64,000 nt of DNA from Escherichia coli (GTDB lineage: Bacteria; Pseudomonadota; Gammaproteobacteria; Enterobacterales; Enterobacteriaceae): the NCBI RefSeq assembly GCF_050920415.1, contig NZ_CP169309.1. One strand, written 5' to 3'. The stretch's first letter is position 1. Every line of letters starts with the position of its first letter. A program made the translations under genes and the position numbers. Shown in pieces: positions 10,006 through 21,916 of this stretch. A model generated the notes under the pieces. The model saw nothing but the letters and a program-made list of their open reading frames with translations. It made no database searches and had not been told where the DNA came from.

Positions 10006-12318
10006 ATGCCTCGCCTGTTAACCAAACGCGGCTGCTGGATAGCGCTGGCAGCTGCGCCTTTTCTCCTTTTTTTTGCCGCGTGGGGAGCAGATAAACTCTG
10101 GCCTCTACCATTGCATGAAGTCAATCCCGCACGCGTAGTCGTGGCGCAGGATGGTACGCCACTCTGGCGTTTCGCCGATGCTGAGGGCATCTGGCGCTAT
10201 CCGGTAACCATCGAAGATGTCTCTCCGCGTTACCTTGAAGCACTGATCAATTATGAAGATCGCTGGTTCTGGAAGCATCCGGGGGTAAATCCATTCTCGG
10301 TGGCGCGCGCAGCATGGCAAGATCTCACTTCGGGACGGATTATTTCCGGCGGCAGCACACTCACCATGCAGGTTGCTCGTCTGCTTGATCCTCACCCCAA
10401 AACTTTTGGCGGCAAAATTCGCCAGCTCTGGCGCGCGTTTCAACTGGAATGGCACTTGTCTAAACGTGACATTCTGACCTTGTATCTTAATCGCGCTCCG
10501 TTTGGTGGTACGTTGCAGGGGATCGGTGCGGCAAGCTGGGCATATCTCGGAAAATCGCCTGCGAATTTAAGCTATTCCGAGGCGGCAATGTTAGCGGTGT
10601 TACCGCAAGCGCCCAGCCGACTGCGTCCGGATCGCTGGCCGGAACGTGCCGAGGCCGCACGTAATAAAGTGCTCAATCGGATGGCTGCGCAAGGTGTGTG
10701 GTCCCGTGAGCAGGTAAAAGAATCTAGTGAAGAGCCCATCTGGTTGGCACCCCGACAAATGCCGCAACTGGCACCGCTGTTTTCGCGCATGATGCTCGGT
10801 AAAAGCAAAAGCGACAAAATCGTTACTACGCTGGATGCTGGTTTACAGCGTCGTCTGGAAGAACTGGCGCAAAACTGGAAAGGACGATTGCCACCGCGCA
10901 GTTCGTTGGCAATGATCGTTGTTGATCATACTGATATGAGTGTGCGCGGCTGGGTAGGATCGGTTGATCTTAATGATGATTCCCGCTTTGGGCATGTCGA
11001 TATGGTCAATGCGATCCGATCGCCGGGGTCGGTACTCAAACCGTTTGTTTATGGTCTGGCGCTGGATGAAGGCTTGATCCACCCTGCATCGCTGTTGCAA
11101 GACGTTCCCCGGCGCACTGGTGATTATCGACCAGGCAACTTTGACAGCGGTTTTCATGGCCCGATCAGCATGAGTGAGGCGCTGGTGCGCTCGCTGAATT
11201 TACCTGCTGTGCAGGTGCTGGAAGCCTATGGACCGAAACGGTTTGCGGCAAAGTTACGCAATGTTGGATTGCCGTTATATCTGCCCAATGGCGCTGCGCC
11301 GAATCTTTCGCTCATTCTCGGCGGCGCAGGTGCAAAACTGGAGGATATGGCTGCAGCGTATACCGCATTTGCTCGCCACGGTAAGGCGGGTAAGTTGCGC
11401 TTACAGCCGGGGGACCCATTACTTGAGCGATCGTTAATGTCGCCGGGGGCCGCGTGGATTATCCGCCGTATTATGGCAGATGAAGCGCAGCCGCTTCCGG
11501 ATGGCGCTTTGCCACGCGTCGTACCACTGGCGTGGAAAACAGGAACCAGTTATGGCTATCGCGATGCATGGGCTATTGGCGTTAACGCTCGTTACGTAAT
11601 TGGGATCTGGACTGGCAGACCGGACGGTACGCCCGTTGTCGGTCAGTTTGGCTTTGCCAGCGCCGTACCGCTGTTGAATCAGGTCAATAATATCTTACTG
11701 TCGCGCAGTGCGAATCTGCCGGAAGACCCGCGTCCTGATTCTGTAAGCCGTGGCGTTATCTGCTGGCCGGGTGGGCAATCATTGCCAGAAGGTGACAGTA
11801 ATTGCCGCCGACGTCTTGCCACCTGGTTGCTCGAAGGTAGCCAGCCACCAACATTACTTTTACCGGAGCAGGAAGGAATAAGTGGGATTCGTTTCCCCAT
11901 CTGGCTTGATGAGCAAGGTAAACGTGTTGCTGCTGATTGTCCTCAGGCTCGACAAGAAATGATTAATGTCTGGCCATTACCACTTGAACCCTGGCTACCT
12001 GCTGCTGAACGACGAGTAGCGCGCTTACCTGGGGCATCAACAAATTGCCCGCCGTATGGTCGTGATGCTCAGGTACCTTTACAGTTGATTGGTGTGCGTG
12101 ATGGCGTAATTATCAAACGTCTGCCAGGAGCTACTGATGCGTCATTACCAGTACAATTAAGCGGAGGAACAGGCGAACGCTGGTGGTTTCTTAATGGTGA
12201 ACCGTTAGCTGAACGCGGGCGTAACGTGACTCTGCATTTGACAGAGAAAGGCGATTATCAATTGCTGGTAATGGACGAAATGGGGCAGGTGGCGACAGTG
12301 AGATTTGTCATGCAGTAG
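10006..12318 (+). CDS. pbpC: Penicillin-binding protein 1C (peptidoglycan glycosyltransferase)
   Basis: 770 aa; glycosyltransferase motifs (EDRWFWKH, RKG) and transpeptidase fold; ATG abuts the yfhM stop. Confidence 0.9.
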   Translation: MPRLLTKRGCWIALAAAPFLLFFAAWGADKLWPLPLHEVNPARVVVAQDGTPLWRFADAEGIWRYPVTIEDVSPRYLEALINYEDRWFWKHPGVNPFSVARAAWQDLTSGRIISGGSTLTMQVARLLDPHPKTFGGKIRQLWRAFQLEWHLSKRDILTLYLNRAPFGGTLQGIGAASWAYLGKSPANLSYSEAAMLAVLPQAPSRLRPDRWPERAEAARNKVLNRMAAQGVWSREQVKESSEEPIWLAPRQMPQLAPLFSRMMLGKSKSDKIVTTLDAGLQRRLEELAQNWKGRLPPRSSLAMIVVDHTDMSVRGWVGSVDLNDDSRFGHVDMVNAIRSPGSVLKPFVYGLALDEGLIHPASLLQDVPRRTGDYRPGNFDSGFHGPISMSEALVRSLNLPAVQVLEAYGPKRFAAKLRNVGLPLYLPNGAAPNLSLILGGAGAKLEDMAAAYTAFARHGKAGKLRLQPGDPLLERSLMSPGAAWIIRRIMADEAQPLPDGALPRVVPLAWKTGTSYGYRDAWAIGVNARYVIGIWTGRPDGTPVVGQFGFASAVPLLNQVNNILLSRSANLPEDPRPDSVSRGVICWPGGQSLPEGDSNCRRRLATWLLEGSQPPTLLLPEQEGISGIRFPIWLDEQGKRVAADCPQARQEMINVWPLPLEPWLPAAERRVARLPGASTNCPPYGRDAQVPLQLIGVRDGVIIKRLPGATDASLPVQLSGGTGERWWFLNGEPLAERGRNVTLHLTEKGDYQLLVMDEMGQVATVRFVMQ

Positions 12319-12466
12319 TCTGTTTTGCTCATATTTGTTGCTTAAACTCGTTTTATTTTAAAAAAATGTTACCTTCATCAATAGTCAACGGCCTTGTTGC
12401 TCATTATAATCCGCGCCATCTCGTACGCTGGTACAGACAACAACAGAATAATTTACAGAGGTAAAA

Positions 12467-12898
12467 ATGGCTATTGAACGTACTTTTTCCATCATCAAAC
12501 CGAACGCGGTAGCAAAAAACGTCATTGGCAATATCTTTGCGCGCTTTGAAGCTGCAGGGTTCAAAATTGTCGGCACCAAAATGCTGCACCTGACCGTTGA
12601 ACAGGCTCGTGGCTTTTATGCTGAACACGATGGAAAACCGTTCTTTGATGGTCTGGTTGAATTCATGACCTCTGGCCCGATCGTGGTTTCCGTGCTGGAA
12701 GGTGAAAACGCCGTTCAGCGTCACCGCGATCTGCTGGGCGCGACCAATCCGGCAAACGCACTGGCTGGTACTCTGCGTGCTGATTACGCTGACAGCCTGA
12801 CCGAAAACGGTACTCACGGTTCTGATTCCGTCGAATCTGCCGCTCGCGAAATCGCTTATTTCTTCGGCGAAGGTGAAGTGTGCTCGCGCACGCGTTAA
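12467..12898 (+). CDS. ndk: Nucleoside diphosphate kinase
   Basis: 143 aa; [15 protein letters not shown]... with NGTHGSDS active-site region. Confidence 0.95.
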   Translation: MAIERTFSIIKPNAVAKNVIGNIFARFEAAGFKIVGTKMLHLTVEQARGFYAEHDGKPFFDGLVEFMTSGPIVVSVLEGENAVQRHRDLLGATNPANALAGTLRADYADSLTENGTHGSDSVESAAREIAYFFGEGEVCSRTR

Positions 12899-12960
12899 TA
12901 ATTTCGTAAATGCCGCGTGCAAACGTGGCATCCATGCGCCAGAATTTGTACAATGCAGCG

Positions 12961-13000
12961 CCCCCGGACGAGCAGCCGCTCACCGGGGCGTTTCTTTTTT
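12961..13000 (+). terminator. Candidate ndk terminator (cccccgg...ccgggg stem followed by tttctttttt)
   Basis: GC-rich inverted repeat followed by a T-run downstream of ndk. Confidence 0.45.
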
Positions 13001-13047
13001 CAACCCTCCAGGGGCCATAACGTGTAATAACGAGGCCGGAATAGCAT

Positions 13048-14202
13048 ATGTCTGAACAATTAGTCACACCTGAAAATGTCACCACGAAAGATGGAAAAAT
13101 CAACCTGCTGGATCTCAACCGTCAGCAGATGCGGGAGTTTTTTAAAGATTTAGGTGAAAAACCCTTCCGCGCCGATCAGGTGATGAAGTGGATGTATCAC
13201 TATTGCTGCGACAACTTTGATGAGATGACCGACATCAACAAAGTGTTGCGCGGCAAACTAAAAGAGGTGGCGGAAATCCGCGCACCGGAAGTGGTTGAAG
13301 AACAGCGTTCATCTGACGGCACCATTAAATGGGCGATTGCCGTTGGCGATCAGCGCGTCGAAACGGTGTATATCCCGGAAGACGACCGTGCCACGCTTTG
13401 CGTTTCCTCGCAGGTGGGGTGTGCGCTGGAGTGTAAATTCTGTTCCACCGCCCAGCAGGGCTTTAACCGCAATCTGCGGGTGTCGGAAATTATCGGCCAG
13501 GTGTGGCGTGCAGCGAAAATCGTTGGCGCAGCAAAAGTCACCGGTCAGCGCCCAATCACTAACGTAGTGATGATGGGTATGGGCGAGCCGCTGCTCAACC
13601 TGAACAATGTCGTTCCGGCGATGGAAATCATGCTCGATGATTTCGGTTTTGGTCTGTCTAAACGTCGCGTTACGCTCTCTACATCAGGCGTTGTTCCGGC
13701 GCTGGATAAACTGGGCGATATGATCGACGTAGCGCTGGCAATTTCCCTGCACGCGCCGAACGACGAAATTCGTGACGAAATTGTGCCGATCAACAAAAAG
13801 TACAATATCGAAACGTTCCTTGCTGCGGTGCGCCGCTATCTGGAGAAATCTAACGCCAATCAGGGCCGAGTCACTATTGAATACGTGATGCTTGATCACG
13901 TTAACGACGGCACTGAACACGCGCACCAACTGGCGGAGCTGCTGAAAGATACGCCGTGTAAGATCAACCTGATCCCGTGGAACCCGTTCCCTGGCGCGCC
14001 GTATGGACGCAGCTCAAACAGTCGTATCGACCGTTTCTCTAAAGTGCTGATGAGCTACGGTTTTACCACTATTGTGCGTAAAACTCGTGGTGATGATATC
14101 GATGCTGCCTGTGGTCAGTTGGCGGGCGATGTTATCGACCGTACGAAACGTACCCTGCGTAAACGAATGCAGGGTGAGGCCATCGACATTAAAGCGGTCT
14201 GA
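13048..14202 (+). CDS. rlmN: Radical-SAM 23S rRNA/tRNA adenine C2 methyltransferase RlmN
   Basis: 384 aa; [11 protein letters not shown] radical-SAM cysteine motif. Confidence 0.9.
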
Positions 14203-14213
14203 TAGCCATTACG

Positions 14214-14250
14214 CCACGGTTACTTTATGTACCGTGGCGTAATCTTTTAT
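14214..14250 (+). terminator. Candidate rlmN terminator (ttacgccacggt...accgtggcgtaa hairpin then T-rich run)
   Basis: 12-bp perfect inverted repeat immediately after the rlmN stop. Confidence 0.5.
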
Positions 14251-14486
14251 GAATGAAGTATTAAGTTGCAATTGTCTGGTCAATATTAACGGTGCGTTTT
14301 TGCTGACTTTAAGGCAGTATGTAACGATGCAACAGTAAGTTAGCCTTAGTGAATGTGGGCTTTGTCACGAGCACACAGACGGTCTTATACTGTATGATAA
14401 CGGTTAACTTAACGGATGTTTCGCGGTGTGGGTGAGCATGATGGTTCACCGGCATCTCAATTCTCATTTAAACGTACCTGCAGCGA

Positions 14487-15500
14487 ATGAATACTGAAGC
14501 CACGCACGACCAAAATGAAGCACTTACTACCGGCGCTCGCCTGCGTAATGCTCGCGAACAACTAGGACTTAGTCAGCAGGCCGTTGCTGAGCGACTTTGC
14601 CTGAAGGTTTCCACGGTACGCGACATTGAAGAAGATAAGGCACCTGCCGATCTTGCTTCAACATTCCTGCGCGGATATATCCGCTCTTATGCGCGTCTGG
14701 TACATATTCCAGAAGAAGAACTGCTACCGGGGCTGGAAAAACAGGCTCCACTACGAGCTGCAAAAGTTGCGCCGATGCAGAGTTTTTCCCTCGGTAAACG
14801 CCGCAAAAAACGTGACGGCTGGCTGATGACCTTCACCTGGCTGGTGTTGTTTGTGGTTATTGGCCTGAGCGGTGCCTGGTGGTGGCGAGACCACAAAGCT
14901 CAGCAGGAAGAGATCACTACTATGGCCGATCAATCTTCTGCGGAACTGAGCAGTAATAACGAACAGGGGCAGAGTGTTCCGTTAGATACGTCGACAACCA
15001 CAGACCCGACTACCACGTCCACGCCGCCAGCGTCTGTGGATACTACCGCAACTAACACGCAAACACCTGCCATAACTTCGCCAGCACCAGCTGTTGATTC
15101 GCAACAGAATGCAGTTGTTTCACCTTCACAGGCAAATGTTGATACTGCTGCGACCCCGGCACCAACGGCAACAACAACGCCAGATGGTGCTGCGCCGCTG
15201 CCAACCGATCAGGCTGGCGTGACCACGCCGGCGGCTGATCCGAATGCGCTGGTGATGAACTTTACTGCCGATTGCTGGCTGGAAGTCACTGATGCTACCG
15301 GTAAAAAACTGTTTAGCGGTATGCAGCGTAAAGACGGTAATTTGAACTTAATCGGCCAGGCTCCGTACAAACTGAAAATTGGTGCGCCAGCCGCAGTACA
15401 GATCCAGTATCAAGGGAAACCTGTCGATCTGAGTCGTTTTATCAGAACTAACCAGGTTGCGCGTCTGACCCTAAATGCCGAACAATCACCGGCGCAGTAA
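14487..15500 (+). CDS. rodZ: Cytoskeleton protein RodZ
   Basis: 337 aa; N-terminal HTH, one transmembrane segment, Thr/Pro-rich linker. Confidence 0.9.
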   Translation: MNTEATHDQNEALTTGARLRNAREQLGLSQQAVAERLCLKVSTVRDIEEDKAPADLASTFLRGYIRSYARLVHIPEEELLPGLEKQAPLRAAKVAPMQSFSLGKRRKKRDGWLMTFTWLVLFVVIGLSGAWWWRDHKAQQEEITTMADQSSAELSSNNEQGQSVPLDTSTTTDPTTTSTPPASVDTTATNTQTPAITSPAPAVDSQQNAVVSPSQANVDTAATPAPTATTTPDGAAPLPTDQAGVTTPAADPNALVMNFTADCWLEVTDATGKKLFSGMQRKDGNLNLIGQAPYKLKIGAPAAVQIQYQGKPVDLSRFIRTNQVARLTLNAEQSPAQ

Positions 15501-15526
15501 CAGACGGGTAACGCGGGAGATTTTTC

Positions 15527-16645
15527 ATGCATAACCAGGCTCCAATTCAACGTAGAAAATCAACACGTATTTACGTTGGGAATGTGCCGATTGGCGATGG
15601 TGCCCCCATCGCCGTACAGTCCATGACCAATACGCGCACGACAGACGTCGAAGCAACGGTCAATCAAATTAAGGCGCTGGAACGTGTTGGCGCTGATATC
15701 GTCCGTGTCTCCGTACCGACGATGGACGCGGCAGAAGCGTTCAAACTCATCAAACAGCAGGTTAACGTACCGCTGGTGGCTGATATCCACTTTGACTATC
15801 GCATTGCGCTGAAAGTAGCGGAATACGGGGTCGATTGTTTGCGTATTAACCCTGGCAATATCGGTAATGAAGAGCGTATTCGCATGGTGGTTGACTGCGC
15901 GCGCGATAAAAACATTCCGATCCGTATTGGCGTTAACGCTGGATCGCTGGAAAAAGATCTGCAAGAAAAGTATGGCGAACCGACGCCGCAGGCATTGCTG
16001 GAATCTGCCATGCGCCATGTTGATCATCTTGATCGTCTGAACTTCGATCAGTTCAAAGTCAGCGTCAAAGCGTCTGATGTCTTCCTCGCTGTTGAGTCTT
16101 ATCGTCTGCTGGCAAAACAGATCGATCAACCGCTGCATCTTGGGATCACCGAAGCGGGCGGCGCACGTAGTGGGGCAGTAAAATCTGCCATTGGTTTAGG
16201 CCTGCTGCTGTCTGAAGGCATCGGCGACACGCTGCGCGTATCGCTGGCGGCCGATCCGGTCGAAGAGATCAAAGTCGGTTTCGATATTTTGAAATCGCTG
16301 CGTATCCGTTCGCGCGGGATCAACTTCATCGCCTGCCCGACCTGTTCGCGTCAGGAGTTTGACGTTATCGGTACGGTTAACGCCCTGGAGCAACGCCTGG
16401 AAGATATCATCACCCCGATGGACGTTTCGATTATCGGCTGCGTGGTGAATGGACCAGGTGAGGCGCTGGTTTCTACACTCGGCGTCACCGGCGGCAACAA
16501 GAAAAGCGGCCTCTATGAAGATGGCGTGCGCAAAGACCGTCTGGACAACAACGATATGATCGACCAGCTGGAAGCGCGCATTCGTGCGAAAGCCAGCCAA
16601 CTGGATGAAGCGCGTCGAATTGACGTTCAGCAGGTTGAAAAATAA
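15527..16645 (+). CDS. ispG: 4-hydroxy-3-methylbut-2-enyl diphosphate synthase
   Basis: 372 aa; C-terminal Cys motif CPTCSR...GCVVNGPGE. Confidence 0.9.
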
Positions 16646-16755
16646 TAACGTGATGGGAAGCGCCTCGCTTCCCGTGTATGATTGAACCCGCATGGCTCCC
16701 GAAATATTGAGGGGCGCGTTGAGGGTTCATTTTTATATTCAGAAAGAGAATAAAC

Positions 16756-18030
16756 GTGGCAAAAAACATTCAAGCCATTCGCGGCATGAACGATTACCTG
16801 CCTGGCGAAACGGCCATCTGGCAGCGCATTGAAGGCACACTGAAAAACGTGCTCGGCAGCTACGGTTACAGTGAAATCCGCTTGCCGATTGTAGAGCAGA
16901 CCCCGCTATTCAAACGTGCGATTGGTGAAGTCACCGACGTGGTTGAAAAAGAGATGTACACCTTTGAGGATCGCAATGGCGACAGCCTGACTCTGCGCCC
17001 TGAAGGGACGGCGGGCTGTGTACGCGCCGGCATCGAGCATGGTCTTCTGTACAATCAGGAACAGCGTCTATGGTATATCGGGCCGATGTTCCGTCACGAG
17101 CGTCCGCAGAAAGGGCGTTATCGTCAGTTCCACCAGTTGGGTTGCGAAGTTTTCGGTCTACAAGGTCCTGATATCGACGCTGAACTGATTATGCTCACCG
17201 CCCGCTGGTGGCGTGCGCTGGGTATCTCTGAACACGTAACTCTTGAGCTGAACTCTATCGGTTCGCTGGAAGCTCGCGCCAATTATCGCGATGCGCTGGT
17301 TGCATTCCTTGAGCAGCATAAAGAAAAGCTGGACGAAGACTGCAAACGCCGCATGTACACTAACCCGCTGCGCGTGCTGGATTCCAAAAATCCGGAAGTG
17401 CAGGCCCTTCTCAACGACGCCCCAGCATTAGGTGACTATCTTGACGAGGAATCTCGTGAGCACTTTGCTGGTCTGTGCAAACTGCTGGAGAGCGCGGGTA
17501 TCGCTTACACCGTAAACCAGCGTCTGGTGCGTGGTCTGGACTACTATAACCGTACTGTTTTTGAGTGGGTGACTAACAGCCTCGGTTCCCAGGGCACCGT
17601 GTGCGCAGGCGGTCGTTATGACGGTCTGGTGGAACAACTGGGTGGTCGTGCAACACCGGCAGTCGGTTTCGCGATGGGCCTCGAACGTCTTGTATTGTTA
17701 GTTCAGGCCGTTAATCCGGAATTTAAAGCCGATCCTGTTGTCGATATATATCTGGTGGCTTCAGGTGCTGACACACAATCTGCGGCTATGGCATTAGCAG
17801 AGCGTCTGCGTGATGAATTACCGGGCGTGAAACTGATGACCAACCACGGCGGCGGCAACTTTAAGAAGCAGTTTGCCCGTGCTGATAAATGGGGCGCCCG
17901 CGTTGCTGTGGTGCTGGGTGAGTCTGAAGTGGCTAACGGCACAGCAGTAGTGAAGGATTTGCGCTCTGGTGAGCAAACGGCAGTTGCGCAGGATAGCGTA
18001 GCCGCGCATTTGCGCACGTTACTGGGTTAA
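16756..18030 (+). CDS. hisS: Histidine--tRNA ligase
   Basis: 424 aa with GTG start ([18 protein letters not shown]); class II aaRS motifs. Confidence 0.9.
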
Positions 18031-18047
18031 GGAAGGAGAAGGACAGC

Positions 18048-18668
18048 GTGGAAATTTACGAGAACGAAAACGACCAGGTTGAAGCGGTTAAACGCTTTTT
18101 TGCTGAAAATGGCAAAGCACTGGCTGTTGGGGTGATTTTGGGCGTTGGCGCATTGATTGGCTGGCGCTACTGGAACAGCCATCAGGTTGATTCTACACGC
18201 TCCGCTTCTCTTGCCTATCAAAATGCGGTTACCGCAGTGAGCGAAGGCAAACCGGATAGCATCCCGGCGGCGGAAAAATTTGCTGCTGAAAATAAAAATA
18301 CCTATGGTGCGCTGGCTTCTTTGGAACTTGCGCAGCAATTTGTTGACAAAAATGAACTAGAGAAAGCTGCCACCCAGTTACAACAGGGATTGGCGGACAC
18401 GAGCGATGAAAATCTCAAAGCCGTGATAAATCTGCGTCTTGCCCGCGTTCAGGTACAGCTCAAGCAGGCTGATGCCGCGCTGAAAACCCTCGATACCATC
18501 AAAGGTGAAGGGTGGGCTGCCATTGTTGCCGACCTGCGTGGCGAAGCATTGCTGAGCAAAGGTGATAAGCAAGGTGCGCGTAGTGCATGGGAAGCAGGCG
18601 TGAAAAGCGATGTTACTCCGGCACTGAGCGAAATGATGCAGATGAAAATTAATAATTTGTCCATCTGA
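18048..18668 (+). CDS. yfgM: Membrane-anchored TPR-like protein YfgM
   Basis: 206 aa, GTG start, one N-terminal transmembrane segment; conserved position between hisS and bamB. Confidence 0.85.
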   Translation: MEIYENENDQVEAVKRFFAENGKALAVGVILGVGALIGWRYWNSHQVDSTRSASLAYQNAVTAVSEGKPDSIPAAEKFAAENKNTYGALASLELAQQFVDKNELEKAATQLQQGLADTSDENLKAVINLRLARVQVQLKQADAALKTLDTIKGEGWAAIVADLRGEALLSKGDKQGARSAWEAGVKSDVTPALSEMMQMKINNLSI

Positions 18669-18678
18669 GAGGGACCCG

Positions 18679-19857
18679 ATGCAATTGCGTAAATTACTGC
18701 TGCCAGGACTGCTTTCCGTTACCCTTTTAAGCGGCTGTTCGCTGTTTAACAGCGAAGAAGATGTGGTAAAGATGTCCCCATTGCCGACCGTTGAAAACCA
18801 GTTTACGCCGACCACGGCGTGGAGCACTTCCGTGGGTAGCGGCATTGGCAACTTCTATTCCAATCTTCATCCGGCACTGGCGGACAACGTTGTCTATGCA
18901 GCAGACCGCGCTGGTTTAGTAAAAGCGCTGAATGCGGATGATGGCAAAGAAATCTGGTCTGTCAGTCTGGCCGAGAAAGATGGCTGGTTCTCTAAAGAGC
19001 CTGCATTACTTTCTGGCGGCGTGACCGTGTCTGGAGGACATGTCTACATTGGTAGCGAAAAGGCGCAGGTTTACGCGCTGAATACCAGCGATGGTACTGT
19101 GGCATGGCAAACTAAAGTCGCGGGTGAAGCGCTTTCTCGCCCGGTGGTCAGCGACGGTCTGGTGTTAATCCACACCAGTAACGGTCAGTTGCAAGCCCTG
19201 AACGAAGCTGACGGCGCTGTCAAATGGACAGTTAACCTCGATATGCCTTCACTCTCTTTGCGTGGCGAGTCTGCGCCAGCAACGGCTTTTGGTGCGGCCG
19301 TCGTGGGTGGCGATAATGGTCGCGTCAGCGCAGTGCTAATGGAACAGGGCCAGATGATTTGGCAGCAGCGTATTTCCCAGGCGACCGGTTCTACCGAAAT
19401 TGACCGCCTGAGCGATGTTGACACGACTCCCGTCATTGTTAACGGCGTTGTTTTCGCGCTGGCCTATAATGGTAACCTGACGGCGCTTGATCTGCGCAGC
19501 GGTCAGATTATGTGGAAACGCGAACTGGGTTCGGTGAATGATTTCATCGTCGACGGCAACCGCATCTATCTGGTCGATCAAAATGACCGGGTGATGGCGT
19601 TGACCATTGATGGCGGCGTTACGCTGTGGACACAAAGCGATCTGCTGCATCGTCTGTTGACTTCTCCGGTGCTGTATAATGGCAACCTGGTGGTAGGTGA
19701 CAGTGAAGGTTATCTGCACTGGATCAACGTCGAAGATGGTCGTTTCGTTGCCCAGCAAAAAGTTGATAGCTCCGGTTTCCAGACTGAACCGGTTGCCGCT
19801 GACGGCAAACTGCTGATCCAGGCAAAAGACGGGACTGTGTACTCTATTACACGTTAA
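18679..19857 (+). CDS. bamB: Outer membrane protein assembly factor BamB (PQQ beta-propeller lipoprotein)
   Basis: 392 aa; lipobox LLSGCS. Confidence 0.9.
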   Translation: MQLRKLLLPGLLSVTLLSGCSLFNSEEDVVKMSPLPTVENQFTPTTAWSTSVGSGIGNFYSNLHPALADNVVYAADRAGLVKALNADDGKEIWSVSLAEKDGWFSKEPALLSGGVTVSGGHVYIGSEKAQVYALNTSDGTVAWQTKVAGEALSRPVVSDGLVLIHTSNGQLQALNEADGAVKWTVNLDMPSLSLRGESAPATAFGAAVVGGDNGRVSAVLMEQGQMIWQQRISQATGSTEIDRLSDVDTTPVIVNGVVFALAYNGNLTALDLRSGQIMWKRELGSVNDFIVDGNRIYLVDQNDRVMALTIDGGVTLWTQSDLLHRLLTSPVLYNGNLVVGDSEGYLHWINVEDGRFVAQQKVDSSGFQTEPVAADGKLLIQAKDGTVYSITR

Positions 19858-19974
19858 TCGTCTCTGTCGTTCACTTTGAAAACGGCTCCTGGACAGGGGC
19901 CGTTTTCCTGTTTTTAACAACGACACGAATATAGCGTGCGTTGTCTGATGATTTATAAAAATGAGGCTTTAAAC

Positions 19975-21447
19975 ATGGTACCTGTGGTCGCGCTTGTCGG
20001 GCGCCCTAACGTAGGAAAATCCACGTTATTTAACCGTCTAACTCGCACCCGAGATGCGCTGGTTGCGGATTTCCCGGGTCTGACTCGTGACCGTAAGTAC
20101 GGTCGTGCGGAAATTGAAGGCCGCGAGTTTATTTGTATTGATACCGGCGGGATTGACGGAACAGAAGACGGTGTAGAAACCCGCATGGCGGAACAGTCGC
20201 TGCTGGCGATTGAAGAAGCGGACGTCGTACTGTTTATGGTGGATGCGCGCGCGGGCCTGATGCCTGCGGATGAAGCGATTGCTAAACATCTGCGCTCCCG
20301 CGAAAAACCGACCTTCCTGGTGGCAAACAAAACCGATGGTCTGGATCCGGATCAGGCCGTTGTTGATTTCTATTCGCTCGGTTTAGGTGAAATCTACCCG
20401 ATCGCCGCATCTCACGGGCGTGGCGTATTAAGTCTGCTGGAGCACGTGCTGCTGCCGTGGATGGAAGATCTCGCACCACAAGAAGAAGTGGATGAAGACG
20501 CTGAGTACTGGGCGCAATTTGAAGCGGAAGAGAACGGCGAAGAAGAAGAGGAAGACGACTTTGACCCGCAAAGTCTGCCAATCAAACTGGCGATAGTGGG
20601 TCGTCCTAACGTCGGTAAGTCTACACTCACTAACCGTATCCTTGGCGAAGAACGCGTCGTAGTTTACGACATGCCGGGCACCACGCGTGACAGTATTTAC
20701 ATTCCAATGGAACGCGATGGACGTGAGTATGTACTCATCGATACTGCGGGCGTACGTAAACGCGGCAAAATCACCGATGCGGTAGAGAAATTCTCCGTAA
20801 TCAAAACATTGCAGGCGATTGAAGATGCCAACGTGGTGATGTTGGTGATTGATGCTCGCGAGGGTATTTCCGATCAGGATCTCTCCTTGCTGGGCTTTAT
20901 TCTCAATAGTGGGCGCTCACTTGTGATTGTAGTGAACAAGTGGGACGGCCTGAGCCAGGAAGTGAAAGAGCAAGTAAAAGAGACGCTGGACTTCCGTCTG
21001 GGCTTTATCGACTTCGCCCGTGTGCATTTTATCTCTGCATTACACGGCAGCGGCGTTGGTAACCTGTTTGAGTCAGTACGTGAAGCGTATGACAGTTCCA
21101 CCCGTCGTGTGGGGACATCTATGCTGACGCGTATCATGACCATGGCGGTTGAAGATCACCAGCCGCCGCTGGTTCGCGGGCGTCGTGTGAAGCTGAAATA
21201 TGCCCACGCCGGTGGTTACAATCCGCCGATTGTGGTGATTCACGGCAACCAGGTGAAAGACCTGCCTGATTCCTATAAGCGTTATCTGATGAACTACTTC
21301 CGCAAGTCTCTGGACGTGATGGGTACGCCGATTCGTATTCAGTTCAAAGAAGGGGAAAACCCATATGCGAACAAGCGTAACACCTTGACGCCGACCCAAA
21401 TGCGCAAGCGTAAGCGTTTGATGAAGCATATTAAGAAAAGTAAGTAA
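19975..21447 (+). CDS. der: Ribosome biogenesis GTPase Der (EngA), tandem GTPase domains
   Basis: ORF 19936-21447; ATG at 19975 gives 490 aa; two [10 protein letters not shown]-loops. Confidence 0.9.
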   Translation: MVPVVALVGRPNVGKSTLFNRLTRTRDALVADFPGLTRDRKYGRAEIEGREFICIDTGGIDGTEDGVETRMAEQSLLAIEEADVVLFMVDARAGLMPADEAIAKHLRSREKPTFLVANKTDGLDPDQAVVDFYSLGLGEIYPIAASHGRGVLSLLEHVLLPWMEDLAPQEEVDEDAEYWAQFEAEENGEEEEEDDFDPQSLPIKLAIVGRPNVGKSTLTNRILGEERVVVYDMPGTTRDSIYIPMERDGREYVLIDTAGVRKRGKITDAVEKFSVIKTLQAIEDANVVMLVIDAREGISDQDLSLLGFILNSGRSLVIVVNKWDGLSQEVKEQVKETLDFRLGFIDFARVHFISALHGSGVGNLFESVREAYDSSTRRVGTSMLTRIMTMAVEDHQPPLVRGRRVKLKYAHAGGYNPPIVVIHGNQVKDLPDSYKRYLMNYFRKSLDVMGTPIRIQFKEGENPYANKRNTLTPTQMRKRKRLMKHIKKSK

Positions 21448-21509
21448 TCACTTATCTGGTTTCCCTTTCCAAACGGAGAGGGAAACTGAACAACAGGCGA
21501 GGAGTATTT

Positions 21510-21725
21510 ATGGAACTCAACTGCCCAACCTGCCATAACCCTCTCGAACGCAACGGTGAAACTGCCCACTGTGCAACTTGTGCCAAAGATTTCACCATTC
21601 AGGCGCTTTGTCCTGACTGCCATCAGCCATTACAGGTGTTAAAAGCTTGTGGTGCAGTAGATTATTTCTGCCAGCATGGGCACGGTTTAATATCCAAAAA
21701 GCGCGTTGAATTTATTGTTGCTTAA
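21510..21725 (+). CDS. yfgJ: Zinc-ribbon protein YfgJ
   Basis: 71 aa with CPTC...CATC...CPDC...HGH motifs; downstream of der as in K-12. Confidence 0.8.
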   Translation: MELNCPTCHNPLERNGETAHCATCAKDFTIQALCPDCHQPLQVLKACGAVDYFCQHGHGLISKKRVEFIVA

Positions 21726-21916
21726 TATTATTTAAATATATGGTGTAATCATTTGTATTCATAATATAAATGATTGCATCCTATTTTATTTGTTGAAACG
21801 CAAATGTAAGTGAGCAAAATCACTGTGTTATAAATTTAAGATTATATTTAGTTTTCCTGGCGTGCCTTTCTGAATAATCTGGAATAGAATATTAGAGCTA
21901 ATTTTAAGCATTATTA

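Noticed and set aside
12404-12931. 175-aa minus-strand ORF
   Set aside because: Antisense to ndk.
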